A stretch of DNA of 64,000 nucleotides from an uncultured Candidatus Rokubacteria bacterium (GTDB lineage: Bacteria > Methylomirabilota > Methylomirabilia > Rokubacteriales > CSP1-6). Under the pieces are notes generated by a model that worked only from the letters and a program-made list of their open reading frames with translations, ran no database searches and had not been told where the DNA came from. How positions within the stretch are numbered: the stretch's first letter is position 1; the number at the start of each line of letters is the position of its first letter. Position numbers and translations under genes: made by a program. This document shows positions 63,451 through 64,000 of the stretch, in pieces. The stretch spans positions 192,001 to 256,000 of the forward strand of contig CAVXJS010000009.1 of assembly GCA_963762145.1 (NCBI GenBank), read 5' to 3'.

Positions 63451-64000
63451 ATGAAAGTCGCCCGGCGATTCACCCGAGAAGGCCAGAGTCCGTACGCGGG
63501 CATCCAGTTCGACCAGCGAGTGTCGGAGATCAAGAACCCGGACGGCTCCACGGTCTTCCGCCAGGACGGGATCTCGGTGCCGGCCGGGTGGTCGGCGGTG
63601 GCCACCGACATCCTGGCCCAGAAATACTTCCGGAAGTCCGGGGTGCCGCAGTATGCCGCGGACGGCAAGCCCCTGCTGGACCGTGACGGTCGGCCGGTGC
63701 TGGGCGGCGAGCGGGATGCCCGGCAGGTGTTCCACCGCCTGGCCGGCTGCTGGATGCACTGGGGCGAGAAGTACGGCTACTTCGACACCCCCTCTGACGC
63801 GCGGGCCTTCTACGACGAGCTCTGCTACATGCTCGCGGCCCAGGTCGCGGCCCCGAACTCGCCGCAGTGGTTCAACACCGGGCTCCACTACGCCTACGGG
63901 CTCTCCGGCCCGGCCCAGGGCCACCACTACGTCGACCCGGACACGCGGCGTCCTGACGCGGGCCACCTCCGCCTACGAGCGGCCGCAGCCGCACGCCTGC
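63451..64000 (+). CDS. nrdJ: Class II (B12-dependent) ribonucleotide reductase, 5' part
   Basis: NPDGSTVF, WSAVATDILAQKYFRKSG, APNSPQWFNTGL; AGGAGG RBS; runs off the window. Confidence 0.9.
   Translation, partial: MKVARRFTREGQSPYAGIQFDQRVSEIKNPDGSTVFRQDGISVPAGWSAVATDILAQKYFRKSGVPQYAADGKPLLDRDGRPVLGGERDARQVFHRLAGCWMHWGEKYGYFDTPSDARAFYDELCYMLAAQVAAPNSPQWFNTGLHYAYGLSGPAQGHHYVDPDTRRPDAGHLRLRAAAAARL

Overview
A very GC-rich 64-kb stretch of bacterial chromosome. The gene content and style resemble Candidatus Rokubacteria/Methylomirabilota, which is an inference and not shown by the sequence. Single-base indels are dense at ~0.7-7.4 kb and ~43-59 kb. They split many ordinary genes and look like long-read consensus errors, so genes there are reconstructed across frames. 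The window holds a MarR(MhqR-like)-hydroquinone 1,2-dioxygenase-Liv-type ABC operon, acyl-CoA/SDR/CoA-transferase/GGT/LLM genes, and two family-5 ABC clusters without ATPases. An AT-richer string of small genes at 19.3-24.2 kb contains an AhpD/CMD gene with an in-frame UGA in a CxxU motif and a SECIS-like hairpin, a probable selenoprotein. At 33.5 kb a sigma-54 promoter and a c-di-GMP-I riboswitch precede an unknown secreted protein. A signalling operon at 47.3-56.6 kb has three tandem TRAP DctP paralogues and an ABC-type binding protein but no transporter. They lead into a Cache-HAMP-3xGAF histidine kinase, a receiver and a receiver-cyclase, and a second membrane cyclase with a guanylate-cyclase-type Glu sits upstream. 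The window ends with mlaA and the 5' part of nrdJ with an NrdR box. BoxC/REP-like palindromes occur at five intergenic sites. No rRNA, tRNA, CRISPR array, integrase or transposase was recognised.
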